From Octopus sinensis (taxonomy: Eukaryota): a stretch of DNA of 64,000 nucleotides. The position numbers and the translations under genes were made by a program. Each line of letters starts with the position of its first letter. The first letter of the stretch is position 1. The DNA is taken from contig NC_043009.1 in NCBI RefSeq assembly GCF_006345805.1, positions 21,390,001 to 21,454,000 of the forward strand, in the 5' to 3' direction. The notes beneath the pieces are model-generated. The model saw nothing but the letters and a program-made list of their open reading frames with translations, was not told the DNA's origin and ran no database searches. Shown piece after piece: positions 23,239 through 36,600 of the stretch.

Positions 23239-23960
23239 TAAGTAAATAAATAAATGAATTTATTCATTTATTTCACCAGGTTATTAGTATAATAACCTGG
23301 TGTTAGAAATCAATATAGTTATGCTTCAGAAAGAAGTGCTAGTTGAGTACAGAGCATAATAAAACATTAAATAAATTGCAAAGGAACAAGAAATTATGTC
23401 AGGAACTTTATTAGCTTACAGCTGTTTCTGCTATAAGATGCAATGCACTCATAATTGAGTGGTTGTGTGTTACCCTCTAACTTCACTGGAGCTTCAAAAC
23501 TGAAGTGCAGTTTTATTTGGGAAAGCATTTGTATATGGAAAACATTACCATCCAAAAAAATACAAATATATGTAGGAAAAGAAGCATAGAGATTACAGCG
23601 TAACAGCTCTTCTAAAAAAAAGTAGGTCCAGATAAATTTTGTGCATATTAGTGTATAGAAATAGGTATATGATGAACTATGTAGACAGCTATTCATACAC
23701 ATGAAATATAGATTAAATATGTATGTTGGGAGTGAAGATAGATGGTAACAGAATCAATAATCAAGAGAAGGAGAGAAAGATTCTAGCCAGTTTAACAATC
23801 AATAGGCCTAAAACAAGGGGACAAAAGACATCTTACCGATAATGACCTATGTGTATAAAGATATAGAGAAACCATGCAGATAAACACAGATTTATATATA
23901 TCTATATATAGACATACATATAAACATATACATCAGCATAAATACATATGGAAAACATTG

Positions 23961-24011
<51 letters not shown>

Positions 24012-24464
24012 ATATAAAGAAAATGGAGAGTTTGAACATAGCAAAATCAATTTATTTACATATTAGTTAGTTTTGTAATGCCTATGTTCATTTCAATATC
24101 TACCTTCATTCATATTTTGCAATTAAAAATTACACTATGAATTTAGAAAATAAAAATCTCTTCAGGGCAAAAATTGACATATTCATTTACATATTCTTTT
24201 TAACCACTGGAGGACATCTTCACCAGCTGGTTAACGACACACTTTATAGGATTCGCTAGCTAAGGCTACAGAACAATGGGAGGAGGGCAGAGTTACATAG
24301 AATTTAGGGGTATTCTGTGGATATAGGTTGAACGTTGGGGGAAAGTACGAAGGCGATGAAATGATAAGTTCTAACAATTAAGGAGTTGTGTTATGTCAGG
24401 GTAATAAAGATTTTAGAAATTTTTACTACCAGTGGCCTAGCATATAGATTCATATAAAATACAG

Positions 24465-25275
24465 TCATCATCATCATCATCATCGTTTAACGTCTGCTTT
24501 CCATGCTAGCATGGGTTGGATGATTTGACTGAGGACTGGTGAACCAGATGGCTGCACCAGGCTCCAACCTTGATCTGGCAGATTTTCTACAGCTGGATGC
24601 CCTTCCTAACGCCAACCACTCCTATGAAGGAAAGGTACGCATAAGTGGGCTGGTTACACCACTGGCATAGGCCATGGGTTATGGTTTCACTTGGCTTGCC
24701 GGGTCTTCTCAAGCACAACATATTTCAAAAGTCTTGGTTACTAGTCATTGCCTCGGTGAGGCTTAATGTTCGAAGGTTGTGCTTCACCACCTCATCCCAG
24801 GTCTTCCTGGGTCTACCTCTTCCACAGGTTTCCTCAACTGCTAGGGTGTGACACTTTTTCACACAGCATCCATTCTCACCACATGGCCATACCAGCGCAG
24901 TCGTCTCTCTTGCACACCACATCTGATGCTTCTTAGGTCCAACTTTTCTCTCAAGGCACTTACACTCTGTCGAGTATGAACACTGACATTACACATCCAG
25001 CGGAACATACTGGCTTCGTTCCTTGCAAGCTTACGCATGTCCTCAGCAGTCATAGCCCATTTTTCACTGCCATGTAGCATGGCTGTTGATACACATGCGT
25101 CATACAGTCTACCTTTTACTCTGAGTGAGAGGCCCTTTGTCACCACTAGAGGTAGGAGCTTTCTGAACTTTTCCCAGGCTATTCTTACTCTTAATTGCTT
25201 TATCTACCAAGGTACTGTCAAAATGGATAGCTGGTCCATATGTTGGGACCATTCGGCAGACTCTCACAAAAGAAA
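24465..25275 (-). mobile_element. RTE 3' fragment with internal deletions
   Basis: (CAT)n tail; ORF LSLRVKGRLYDAC...RLRWYGHV; the UTR module array is absent. Confidence 0.9.
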
Positions 25276-25605
25276 ACTGGGCTAGGAGAGAGTGTGGAGA
25301 GTAGAATTGGTAAAGAACCAATAGTGAGCCTTACTCACTGATTACCTGAGTGAGACAGATGAGGGTGTAGTTTCATTTCATTATCAGCATACTCAAATTA
25401 TTCTGTACATGTAGTTAAGAAGTGAAATTCTTAACCACATATGCGTGTACGCATGCACACACATACACGCATGCACACACACACACACAAAGCTCCTTTA
25501 TCCATCATTCCATGAATGGTTTGTATTTTTATATTTTTGTTACCTTAATCACATTCTACTCTATTTTTGTAAATACCATTCCTTTTTAATCATTTTCATA
25601 CTCAG

Positions 25606-25713
25606 ATTTTTGGTCCTAAATTTGAGGATGGTTTGGTCACAGATAATTTGTTGATCATAAATTATCGGGGTGGATTTGTTGAATTGTATAGCATGGATTT
25701 TATTTTAAAACAT
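25606..25713 (+). CDS. DCAF17: DCAF17 exon: IFGPKFEDGLVTDNLLIINYRGGFVELYSMDFILKH
   Basis: ttttcatactcag acceptor and gtaagt donor; resembles human IFGNVTDATLSHGILIVMYSSGLVRLYS. Confidence 0.9.
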
Positions 25714-26208
25714 GTAAGTATTGGAACTTTTTTTAATTTCCACATATTTTGTCTGATCTACTTCTCTGTCATCTAATATGTTGATTTAAAACAAATTTTT
25801 CTTCATTTGCAAAAGAGTGATGTTTTTCCCAAATGTGTACTTTTGAATCCTAAACTGGATACCTTTCAGCTTGCCAATTACACAACCATGACAGTAGTAA
25901 TCAAATTTTTTATTTGCTATTACCCTAATTATACAATATTACAGCTGTATGTTATCATCATCATCATCATCATTTAATATTCATCTTCTAAGCTGATATG
26001 AGTTGATGTTTCAACATGATTTGACTTGTTGGAGGACTGGATCATGTTCCAATGTCTACTTTTGCATGGTTTCTATAGCTGGATGTCGTTCCTAATGTCA
26101 ACTACTTTACAGAGTATACTGGGTGATTTTTTTTTTGGGGGGGGGAGGCAGGACCAGCACTAGTATGTCTTTCAACCTGTAAGGCCTAAGCTTAAAGTTG
26201 ACCCTGTA

Positions 26209-26581
26209 TCCACTTTAAAGAATTGGTAAAGAACCAATAGTGAGCCTTACTCACTGATTACCTGAGTGAGACAGATGAGGGTGTAGTTTCATTTCATTAT
26301 CAGCATACTCAAATTATTCTGTACATGTAGTTAAGAAGTGAAATTCTTAACCACATATGCATGTACGTATGCACACACATACACGCATGCACACACACAC
26401 ACACAAGCTCCTTTATTCATCATTTCATGAATGGTTTGTATTTTTATATTTTTGTTACCTTAATCACATTCTACTCTATTTTTGTAAATACCATTCCTTT
26501 TTAATCATTTTCATACTCAGATAATCAGGTAATCAGTGAGTAAGGCTCACTATTGGTTCTTTACCAATTCTTTAAAGTGGA
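26209..26581. repeat. Local duplication of 25303-25607 (26219-26522) plus a 57-bp inversion (26525-26581 = reverse complement of 26209-26265)
   Basis: Direct alignment by eye; the copy ends at the duplicated exon acceptor AG plus AT. Confidence 0.93.
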
Positions 26582-26867
26582 CATAGAATAGAAGGTGCAA
26601 TGATTTTGGTGGGCCGATGAAGGAAGGTAAAGTTAAAAGAGAGGAACAGATTTATAGGTGCAACATGGTGGAGTAACAAAGTATGCAGTATTGGGGATGG
26701 GAGTATGGCAGGGAACAGAGAAAAGGAAAGGAAAGGATTAATGATAGGGTTTAGTAAGAAAGAGAAGGGGCAGAGTGGTAAGGTAATAAGGTGAGTTGTG
26801 TAGGGTGTCTTGGGCTAGCCTACATGTTATGTAGAATAAATACTTCCTAAGCCAAGATGTGATAGTG

Positions 26868-27040
26868 ATATTGTTTAGCCTTGGCTTATACAGACCTATA
26901 ATCAAAAGTGCCCTTGCTGTGACCCTTCAGTCCTCTATATCTAGAACCACATTATCTAATATGTCCTTTCTTTTATGAAATGAGAGTGTATTACTAGGGA
27001 GATTTGGTTGCTACTTCTAGATGGTTAGTTGACTGCAACA
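26868..27040 (+). repeat. Degenerate copy of an abundant dispersed repeat
   Basis: Motifs TTGTTTAGC...GACCTATGATCAAA and GATTTGG.TGCTA.TTCTAG recur near 30640, 30990, 32240, 54680, 55640 and 56340, and form the 107-bp satellite unit. Confidence 0.5.
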
Positions 27041-27067
27041 AGATACCTTTAGATATTAATTTCTATA

Positions 27068-28434
27068 TCTATAAACAGCAAAATGTCTGTGTATCTGTGT
27101 GTCCTTTATACAAATCCACAGTTTTTCACATAAAAGGCTCGCATTTTCTATGGGCTTTCAAAACTGTCTGAGGGTGGTCGTGAAGATCTTTTCATTTTCC
27201 CAGTCACCCCAGAAAGCCATTAAAAAAATCTATAAACCGACCCCTTATGCCCATAAGTTATGGGCATGTCCATTCAAAATCGCTAAAACATAGAAATTTG
27301 TACACGGTGCATGCATACAGCTAGATACGCTAATAAACTGCCAGCTGTTTTTTGACTGGACGGAGATGATTTTACCCTTGACAATTGAATGTGTGTGCGT
27401 ATTTGTAGACAGTCTGTATGACTCAGCACATTTTTGTGTTTTGTGAAGATGCATTATCATGTATTTTGGCTTTCAAACACGCACGCTTTTTTGATTTGAG
27501 AAATGCAGGGAATAATTAATGAATTAGACCAAGTGAATGACAAGAGAGCGGGATTTTCATGAAAGACCAAATATGCTATCATTCTTTAAGTATGCAATAA
27601 AAGAGATGGAGCCTATTCAATGAATCTATTTAGGAAGGGCTTTACTTTTATGCTTTCAGCTGATTTAAGTTATCCAGCGAGAGCCCAGGATGTTTTATTC
27701 AAGTAGGATTAAAAATGAAAAATGAGTAAGTTGACCCCACCCCCACAAGGGATTTTCATAAAAAACGTTTATTTGTTTGCATACAGCCTAAGATCGAATC
27801 CTTTGCTACCTACATAGGGTTATCTTTTGGTGCAAGAAATCTTAATTTGATTTGAGTTTACCAAAATTGCCAATCAATCAGTGGAAACTCAATAAAACTA
27901 TTCCTTGTGGGTTTCCGCATTTAAATTGACTGCAACCTTTCCTTTTAGCCCTAACTTGAGGTACGAATGACCTAAGATACAAAGATTTTCTTAAGCAAAA
28001 CTTCATGCTTTTATGTTTTAAGATATGAGTGAAAATTGAGATGCTAATTAATTTCCAGTCACATTTTTCTGCTCGCTAGGAAATTTGAAAACTTTGTCAG
28101 CCCTGATTATTCATTTCATTTTGTTGGTGAAGGTTTGTTTTCATGGTGGTCTTTATTGATTTTCTGACATGCTCCCCCTTCATCTTCAACAAAGCCACTA
28201 AATTTGTGATGATTTATTACCCAGTGCAGCTGCATCTCTGGGTGGGCTCAGAATCTGCAGAGGCTCAGTCAAATGCATTAAAAAACATATGTGGTGGAAA
28301 GGCGAACATAATTTTTATTGAAACTAGCTCATAAACAACAAAACTGGCCCGGGCTGAAATGTGATAAGAAACTTAGTTCTTGATTTAGTGAGAAATTTTT
28401 AATGCGACCCAGCAATACCGGGTCATAGTGCTAG
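27068..28434 (+). mobile_element. Non-autonomous Helitron (family B, about 1.37 kb)
   Basis: A^TCTATAAAC start; hairpin GACCC-AGCAATACC-GGGTC then CTAG^T. Confidence 0.75.
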
Positions 28435-29720
28435 TGGCTGCTATTTCTTACCTCTTGTTTTATGGCATTATGCAGATGATGGACATTCTGTTGGCTTCCA
28501 TCATGATCATACAGTTGGTTGATCAACTAAACATCTGACTTAATTAACATGTAACCGAATATTCCAGAAACAGATGTACACTTAATGTAATTCTTAGGCC
28601 AAATCAGTTTGATATATGACAAGGCTGGACCTATAAATTACAGGTCCAATCCATATACTGGATTTCTTCAAATATGTCTATCTAACCAGGGCTTGGATCT
28701 TTGTCACACAGATTCAAACCAGGATTTCATGTTTGTGAAGTGAACTTCTTAACCAGATAACCATGCTTACATCCACAAAGGAGAGAGATGAGAGGCAGAC
28801 CATTTCCTTGATAGAACACCAGTGTTTGTTGCAGTTAACATTCATGTGTGTTGTGGTATTTTATTTCTACCGAACTCGGGTAATGTAGAATATAGTGTTT
28901 AGTCTATAAACTAAATGAAGCACCTATTGAAAATTTTAACTTTTGATACACCCAAATGTTATCCAATAAATTATGCACTTAAACAATACACTTCTACATT
29001 GCAATTGTATAAAAAAAGGAAGAATTTGGTTTGATGAGCCTTTTGAAGGATGTTGATATTAAAGGAAGCAGCTGTACCCATGGCTTTCATAAACTCTCTG
29101 AGACTGGTGAGTTTGACATAATTTATGTTCATCTTGAAAACAGTAAGTCAGTAACTGCAGAAAAAAAATGGGAAGATAGGGAATTAAGCTCCAAAGGTGG
29201 TTAGTACTAAGTCTGGACAGAAGGGTGTGGGTAGGTACAGTACGAGTGGTGAGAGGAGAAAAGTGAGCCAAAATGAATGTGTCTTGGTCAAGGAGCACAA
29301 GACCAACCATTTTCAAGGAACGGAGGCCACAGAGTGGGAAGAAAATGATTATGACAGTAATTGTCCAACAATTCAACTTTATAGCCATTATACATTTAAG
29401 GTTATACTGGAATGACAAAATATATAAACTATGGTTGGTTCTGTACATGTAATTTTTAAATACATTTTTTAGTAGATAAAATGAATAAATTTAGTTGATC
29501 AAGTGAATTAAACAGGTTGGTCAGGATGGAATATCTTAGAAAATAGGGCTGTTGGATCAAGACTAACTTGGGAGTAAATAACAATAGTATCACCTTCAGC
29601 ATGAACACAAACCAATATGAGAGCCAATCTGTAGCTATTTGACCTAGTGGAAGTGGTAGCTGAATCTCTGTCAGATCACTCTGTTCTGTCTCATAAGAAA
29701 AGCACATATTTGATTGTATT

Positions 29721-30604
29721 GGGTCATCCCATGAATAATGTGGTTTTTTAAATACTTCTTTTATTTTTCAAAATTAAGGTAAATTTCTTTTTTAATCTAA
29801 AATATACTCTCCTTCATTTTCTACTATGCTCTTACAACTATCTGGTAGACTTGCAAGGCCCCACTTCCAAAATCCGCTTGTCCGTGATAAAAAATACTCC
29901 TCTTGTATTTTGCTGACATTGATTTTGAAGATTGCAAAATTAATGATAATCAGATGGGGCAATGTCTGGCGAATGTGATGGATGGGGCATCATTTACCAT
30001 TCAAACTGCTCCAGTCTTTGGAATGTCATCCTCACTGTATGTAGCCAAGTATTATCATGATGGAAGAACACCTTTCAACTTGAAACCTAAGAAGGTCATT
30101 TTTCTTCTAGTGCAGGTGTCATTGAATGGTTGAATAACCAAATCCAAGCTTCTCTGAGAGTTTCTCAACAGGTACAATAGGATTTTGTTCCACCAGGGTT
30201 TGCAGGACATTCTCGTCGAGCTCTACAGATCTTCCAGGACGAGGCTCATTTTCTAGGCTGTAGTTTCTGGCTCAGAATTTCTAGAAACACCGTTGATACT
30301 AGCTTACGCTTATTGTCCAATCCTCATATACTGCATTAATATTTCTCTCACTTTCCATTGCTTTGTTGCTTTTGTTGAACTCATAAAGCAAAATATGCCA
30401 AATATACTCTTTTGTCACTTCCATTATAGCTTTCAGAAATAATTGTTAAAATCGAACTGCACTCTTCAAAACTTGCACTAAGAATAAGGACATGGTAAAA
30501 TTACTACCTGTTCTTATAGCAAGTTGATGCAGGTAGTTTATCCTGTCCCCTTCCAACATTTCGTTCATGCAAATGGAAAAACCACATTATTTATGGGATG
30601 ACCC
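29721..30604 (-). mobile_element. Internally deleted mariner
   Basis: TIRs GGGTCATCCCAT(G/A)AATAATGTGG; - strand PHPSHSPDIAPSDYH; the N-terminal part matches the 21993 copy. Confidence 0.9.
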
Positions 30605-31365
30605 TATTCAAGTTGTTGTTTATAGTGTATGAGTATTGTTGTTTCACTGTAGGTCAGCCTTCATTTACAGCTGGGGTAACTCTGTAATTGAAGTTACCCC
30701 AGCTGTGACCATCTGGCTTTTATGCAGATACAGTGTACTTAGGGCAATATTATTCAGTGTGTACTTTTGTTATGTGATAGAGATTGATTTGAGGGAGATA
30801 TAGTTAGTAAATTGAGTGACTACTTAGCAGCTATATTTTATTCAGACATATTGTAAGGAGGACTTCATTATGAAAAGTGCATTTGCCATCATAAAGATAG
30901 CAAAGTATGATTTGAGTAAGCTTTGTTTGCTATTTCTTGTTGGTCAGATAACCACATAAGGGGTCTCTCTTTAGCTTTATGGCTGCTATTGTTGTTTAGC
31001 TCCAAGTCAGTTCTCATCCAGCAGACCTATGATCAAAGGGAGTCCAGCCAAGACCATCCATTTTTTTTATTTCTAGGATTATATTAGTCTATGTACCTTT
31101 CTTTATATAACAGGAAATGTTACATCAGTGAAATTTAGTGCAATTGAACAATAGCCTCAATGGTTACAGGCTTTCAATGATAAGCCAATCACTGGTTTGC
31201 TGCTTTTCTGACAGCAAAATTATGCAGTTTTAGACATACTGAATAAAGGAAGGGAAGCTCATGAGTCAAATGTCTTTGATCATGAGTCTGCACACTCATT
31301 GCTGACAAACAATTATAATTTACAACTGTGGTCCAATCCATGCCAGCATGAAAAGCGGATGTTAA

Positions 31366-31397
<32 letters not shown>

Positions 31398-31571
31398 ACT
31401 GATGAACTGTACTATAATAACTAAGTTCATTTCATGACTGCATTGTTAAGGTGCTTTATTGCATTGCATGGCATATTAGGCTGATGCTTTTTCCCATAAC
31501 TTTTGGCTAACCAATACTTTGTGAATGGAATATAGTTGACACAGAAATCGTGATGAACTAAGTTGTAGGTG

Positions 31572-31617
<46 letters not shown>

Positions 31618-32613
31618 CTTATGGTGATATAGAAAGTTGTAAACAATGTTGAAAATCAATAAACTTGTGCTTTTGGACAATGGACGTTGTGATATTTGCT
31701 TGAAAGCACTAGTTTATTGGCTTTCTTACAATGTTTACAGTTTTCTACATTACCAAAAAGATACACATGTGCACACTTGCATGCATGCTCACACACATGC
31801 GCACACACACACACACCCAGAGGCTTCCACACAGTTTCTATTTACTTCCAATCACAGAGTACTGGCTAACCAAAAGTTCTGGCAAGGAGCACTTGCCTAA
31901 TATGCCATGCAGTGGGTTTGAACCCTAATGCAATGGAAAGTGAACTTGTAATTGTTGTAGTTATTACAACTATAAATTATAGTTGTGATGTTATTTAGAC
32001 CTCTATCAGAAATGAGTGTGTAAATCAAGGGTCAAAGGCATTTGAGTAATGACCATTTCATATTTTATTCATATAGGACTGCATTATTCAATGTTTTCAA
32101 TATTTTTTAAAGAGTAAGGGTTTGATTTGAGTGAAACTTCACTGCTCTTCTCTAGTGGCTACATAGAGGTCGCTAGAAATGGTTTTCTAAATTGGTTCAT
32201 AGTTTTTCTAATTGTAGGTTTTATCATACAGCTGTAAATTCATAGTTGTTGTTTAGCTCCAAGGCAACTCTGATTGAAGACCTATGATCAAAGGAATTCC
32301 AGACATGGCTACCTTCCCTTTTTGGGGGGTATATAGGACTACATTATCCATTCTGTCCTTTTGTTTCCCATGAGACTAGAGTGTGATTCACAGGAGATTA
32401 AGTTGCTATTTTTAACAGATCCTCATAAAGGCTCCATTATTGGTTCATTGTTGCAGTTGTAGGTGAAAAAATCATGGTTGGTCGTAAATACGTAATAGAT
32501 CTTGAAAGTTAATTCATTTTCATTGAGTATCACGTCACAACTTGTTTATTATCCTCAGTAAATCTGATCTTTAAAATCTGATAGTTAAGAAATGGTTGCT
32601 TTTCTATTTGCAG

Positions 32614-32713
32614 TATGTCTTGTATGAAGCCCAGTTGTGTGAGCCAGATCCTGTCACAGGACACGTTGTAGGGCTCTATCCACATGGTCTTCCTTTTAAT
32701 ATCAAGATTAAAG
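32614..32713 (+). CDS. DCAF17: DCAF17 exon: YVLYEAQLCEPDPVTGHVVGLYPHGLPFNIKIK(+G)
   Basis: tttctatttgcag acceptor and aag|gtaaaa donor; resembles human VGEAPFGIPCNIKI. Confidence 0.92.
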
Positions 32714-32989
32714 GTAAAAGAGCTTCTCCTGTTTATTATCCTCTTCAATTTTCTTTGAACTACACCATAATATATCTATTATTGTTTCAAACCATCTGCT
32801 TGTTACTCTCATATCTCTTACACTCCATGCTACCTTTTACTGTTTTACTGTCTGTTTGCATTACTGTCTTGCCATCGGTCTACTACTATACACCATTAAT
32901 TACTGTCATGTCATCTTCTGTTAGTATGAATGTAAAGTTTGGAAGTGAGTATAATATAGTATGTTAGCATTTTTTTTTGTTTTTTGCAG

Positions 32990-33123
32990 CTCAGCCTCCA
33001 TTAATGCTAAGGGTGAAATCAGTTGATCATGATATTCAGTTTGGTGGCTTTCCATTTCATATGCTGTTGGCATCTGAACATCGAGGGGTATTCTATGTGA
33101 AGTCTTTAGTTGATAACAACTTG
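32990..33123 (+). CDS. DCAF17: DCAF17 exon: (A)QPPLMLRVKSVDHDIQFGGFPFHMLLASEHRGVFYVKSLVDNNL
   Basis: polyT-gcag acceptor and gtgagt donor; phase 1 matches the previous exon; resembles human MPPLLFEV...QIGGHPWHY...GVFHICALKDNSL. Confidence 0.93.
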
Positions 33124-33610
33124 GTGAGTAGCAAAGAATTGCTATTACTCATTTTTGTGTACATTTCAGTATAAAATGAAGCATTCAAATAGTCAGGTAG
33201 TGCAAGAGCAGAACTTCCACCAGTGAAGTACAAAACACGACAATATATTTAGATATGCATGTAAGATTACTTCCATCTGTGCCAAAATTCACTGAAACAA
33301 ATGGAAATGGGTTAGAATTTCATATGGTAAGCAAAAGAATGTCTGTTTAGCAAAACATTTAGACCTCATTCATTGTTATAAAATTGATTAATTGATTGTC
33401 CAACCCATGCCAGCATGGAAAGCAGACGCTAAACGATGATAATGATGATGATGATTGATTGGTTGGTTGGTTTTTTGAAATTTACTTGATAATGTCACTT
33501 AGGTGGAGGAATGGTTGGGGTATGTGGGGAAACTGTTGATTGAACCTATTTTCTACAAAATCATCTGATCACAGATTTTTATGTTCATATTTGACCGCAG
33601 CAAGTTATCA

Positions 33611-36600
33611 TAGCAGCACCATAGTCACCTGCTACAAAGGTAAAGGTGAGGCCTTGGATAAAAATAATTACAGAGGTATCAAATTGTTGGATCAGGTGAT
33701 GAAAGTTATGGAGAAAGTCATAGCCCAAATGATTAGTGGGAGAATTAGTCTAGATAGATGCAGTTTGGTTTTGTGCCAGGGAGAAGCACCACTGATGCTA
33801 TATTTCTGGTAAGGTAGCTGCAAGAGGAATACATAGCCAGAAATAAACCTCTGTCCTTAGCTTTTGTTGACTTGGAAAAAGCTTTTGACAGGATCCCCTG
33901 ATCCCCTACCTGGTGGTCAATGCAGAAACTAGAGATAGACAAGTGGCTGGTAGGCACTGTACAAGCCATATACAGAAACACTACCAGTAAGGTGAGGATA
34001 AGCAACGAGTACAGTGAAGAATTCAGGGAATAAGTAGGGGTTCATCAAGGATCAGTGCTCAGCCCTCTCTTGTTCATCATAGTCCTCCAGGCAATATCAG
34101 AGGAATTTAAGACAGGCTGCCCCTAGTTGCTCCTCAATGCTGATGACTTTGTTCTTATAGCTGAATCACTACCAGAACTAGAAAAGTTCAAGGTATGGAA
34201 GCAAGGTATAGAATTGAGGTGCCTTAGAGTTAACCTAGCAAAAACCAAAGTCTTAGTAAGTAGGAAGGCAGACAAATCACAAATCCCTTCAGGTAGATGG
34301 CCCAGCTGGATCTAAGGTATATAGGAAGTAAGATGCACACGGTGTAAACTTTAGACACATAAAATGTGCAGCAATATCAGAGGAAAGTTAACAGGGAACA
34401 TAGATTTTTTGTGTGATAGATGCACAAGTACAATAAAGACGAAAAATGTACAGAAAATAGACTTCACCACTTGCTTTGGGGGGTAAGCTAGAGGTAGCAG
34501 ATAGCTTCTGTTACTTAGGAGATCAAGTTAGTAATGCTGGCAACAAAGGGCCTCTCTCTTAGAGTGAAAGATTGTATGATGTCTGTGTGCAAACAGCTAT
34601 GCTATATGGAAGTGAAACATGAGCTTTGACAGCCAAGGACATGCATAGTGTTGAAAGAAATGAAGCCAGTATGCTTCGCTGGATGTGCAATGTCAGTGTC
34701 CAATTTTTACAGAGTGTAAGCATCTTGAGAGAAAAGTTGGGCATAAGAGGCATCAGATGTGGTGTGCAAAAGAGACGAATGCACTGGTATGGTCATGTGA
34801 TGCGTATGGACGAGGAGAGCTATGTAAAAAAGTGCCGATCCCAACTTGTGGTAGAAGTCATCATCATCATCATCGTTTAGCGTCCGTTTTCCATGCTAGC
34901 ATGGGTTGGACGGTTCTACTGGGGTCTGTGAAGCCAGAAGGCTTCATCAGGCCCAGTCAAATCTGGCAGTGTTTCTACGGCTGGATGCCCTTCCTTACAC
35001 CAACCACTCCGAGAGTGTAGTGGGTGCTTTTTACGTGCCACCCGCACAGGTGCCAGACAGAGCTGGCAAACGGCCACGAACGGATGGTGCTTTTTATGTG
35101 CCACCGGCACGAGGGCCAGGCGAGGCTGGCAATGGACACAAAACGGGGCGGTGCTGGCAACGGTCACAAAACGGAAGGTTCTCTTACATGCCACCGGCAC
35201 TAGTAACACATCTGCAATTTCCATTGATCGATTTCGATTCTGATCCTCACTTGCCTCAACGGGTCTTCACAAGTAGAGTTTCGACATGCCACCGGCACTG
35301 GTAACACATCTGCAATTTCCATTGATCGATTTCAATTCTGATCCTCACTTGCCTCAACAGGTCTTCACAAGTAGAGTTTTGTGTCCCAAGAAGGGAAGGT
35401 ATGCATACGTAGGCTGGCTCCATCCCGTGTAGAAGGCCACGGGTTATGGACTCACTTGTCCTGCCGGGTCTTCTCGTGCACAGCACACTTCCAGAGGACT
35501 CGGTCGCTAGTCATTTCCTCAGTGAGACCTAAAGTTCGAAGGTCGTGCTTCACCACCTCGTCCCAGGTTTTCCTGGGTCTGCCTCTTCCACAGGTTCCCT
35601 CAACCGCTAGGGTGTGGCACTTTTTCACACAACTATCTTCATCCATTCTCACCACATGACCATACCAGCGCAAACGTCTCTCTTGCACACCACAACTGAT
35701 GCTTCTTAGGTCCAGCTTTTCTCTCAAGGTACTTACACTCTGCTCAGTATGAGTACTGACATTACACATCCATCGGAGCATACTGGCTTCATTTCTTGCG
35801 AGCTTACGCATATCCTCAGCAGTCACGGCCCATGTTTCACTGCCATGTAGCATGGCTGTTCGTACACACGCATCATACAGTCTGCCTTTCACTCTGTGCG
35901 AGAGGCCTTTTGTCACCAGCAGAGGTAAGAGCTCTCTGAACTTTGCCCAAGCTATTCTTACTCTAGCAGTTACACTTTCAGCACACCCACCCCCGCTGCT
36001 GACTTGGTCACCTAGGTAACGGAAACTATCAACTATTTCTAGTTTTTCTCCCTGGAAAGTGACGGAAGTTGGTCTCAGAGCATTTTCAGTGTTTATTGTT
36101 CCTGAGCATCTGCCACATACAAAAACCATCTTCCTAGTTAGCCTTCCTTTGACATTGCTGCACCTCTTATGTGTCCATGCACTTGGTGCATCTTATAGAG
36201 TTTCTACCTACACCTTTTCTACAGATCGAGCAGGGCCATCTACCTGAAGGCGTTTGTGATTTGTCTACCTTCCTACTGATTACGACTTTGGTTTTAGCTA
36301 GATTGACTCTGAGGCCCTTCGATTCTAATCCTTGTTTCCACAGTTCTGATAGCGACTCAGCAATTAGAGCAAGGTCATCAGCATAGAGGAGCTCCCAAGG
36401 GCATCCTGTCTTGAATTCCTCCGTTATTGCCTGGAGGACTATGATAAATAGGAGGTGGCTGAGTACTGAGCCTTGGTGGACCCCTACCTCTACCCAGAAT
36501 TCTTCACTGTACTCGTTTCCAACCCTCACCCTACTAGCAGCGTCCCTATACATGGCTCGCACAGCTCTCACTAACCATTCATCTATCCCTAGTTTCCTCA

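Noticed and set aside
29903-30133. ORF that looks like a host exon (MYFADIDFED...)
   Set aside because: It is antisense to a mariner transposase C-terminus inside TIRs and does not fit DCAF17 phases or homology.
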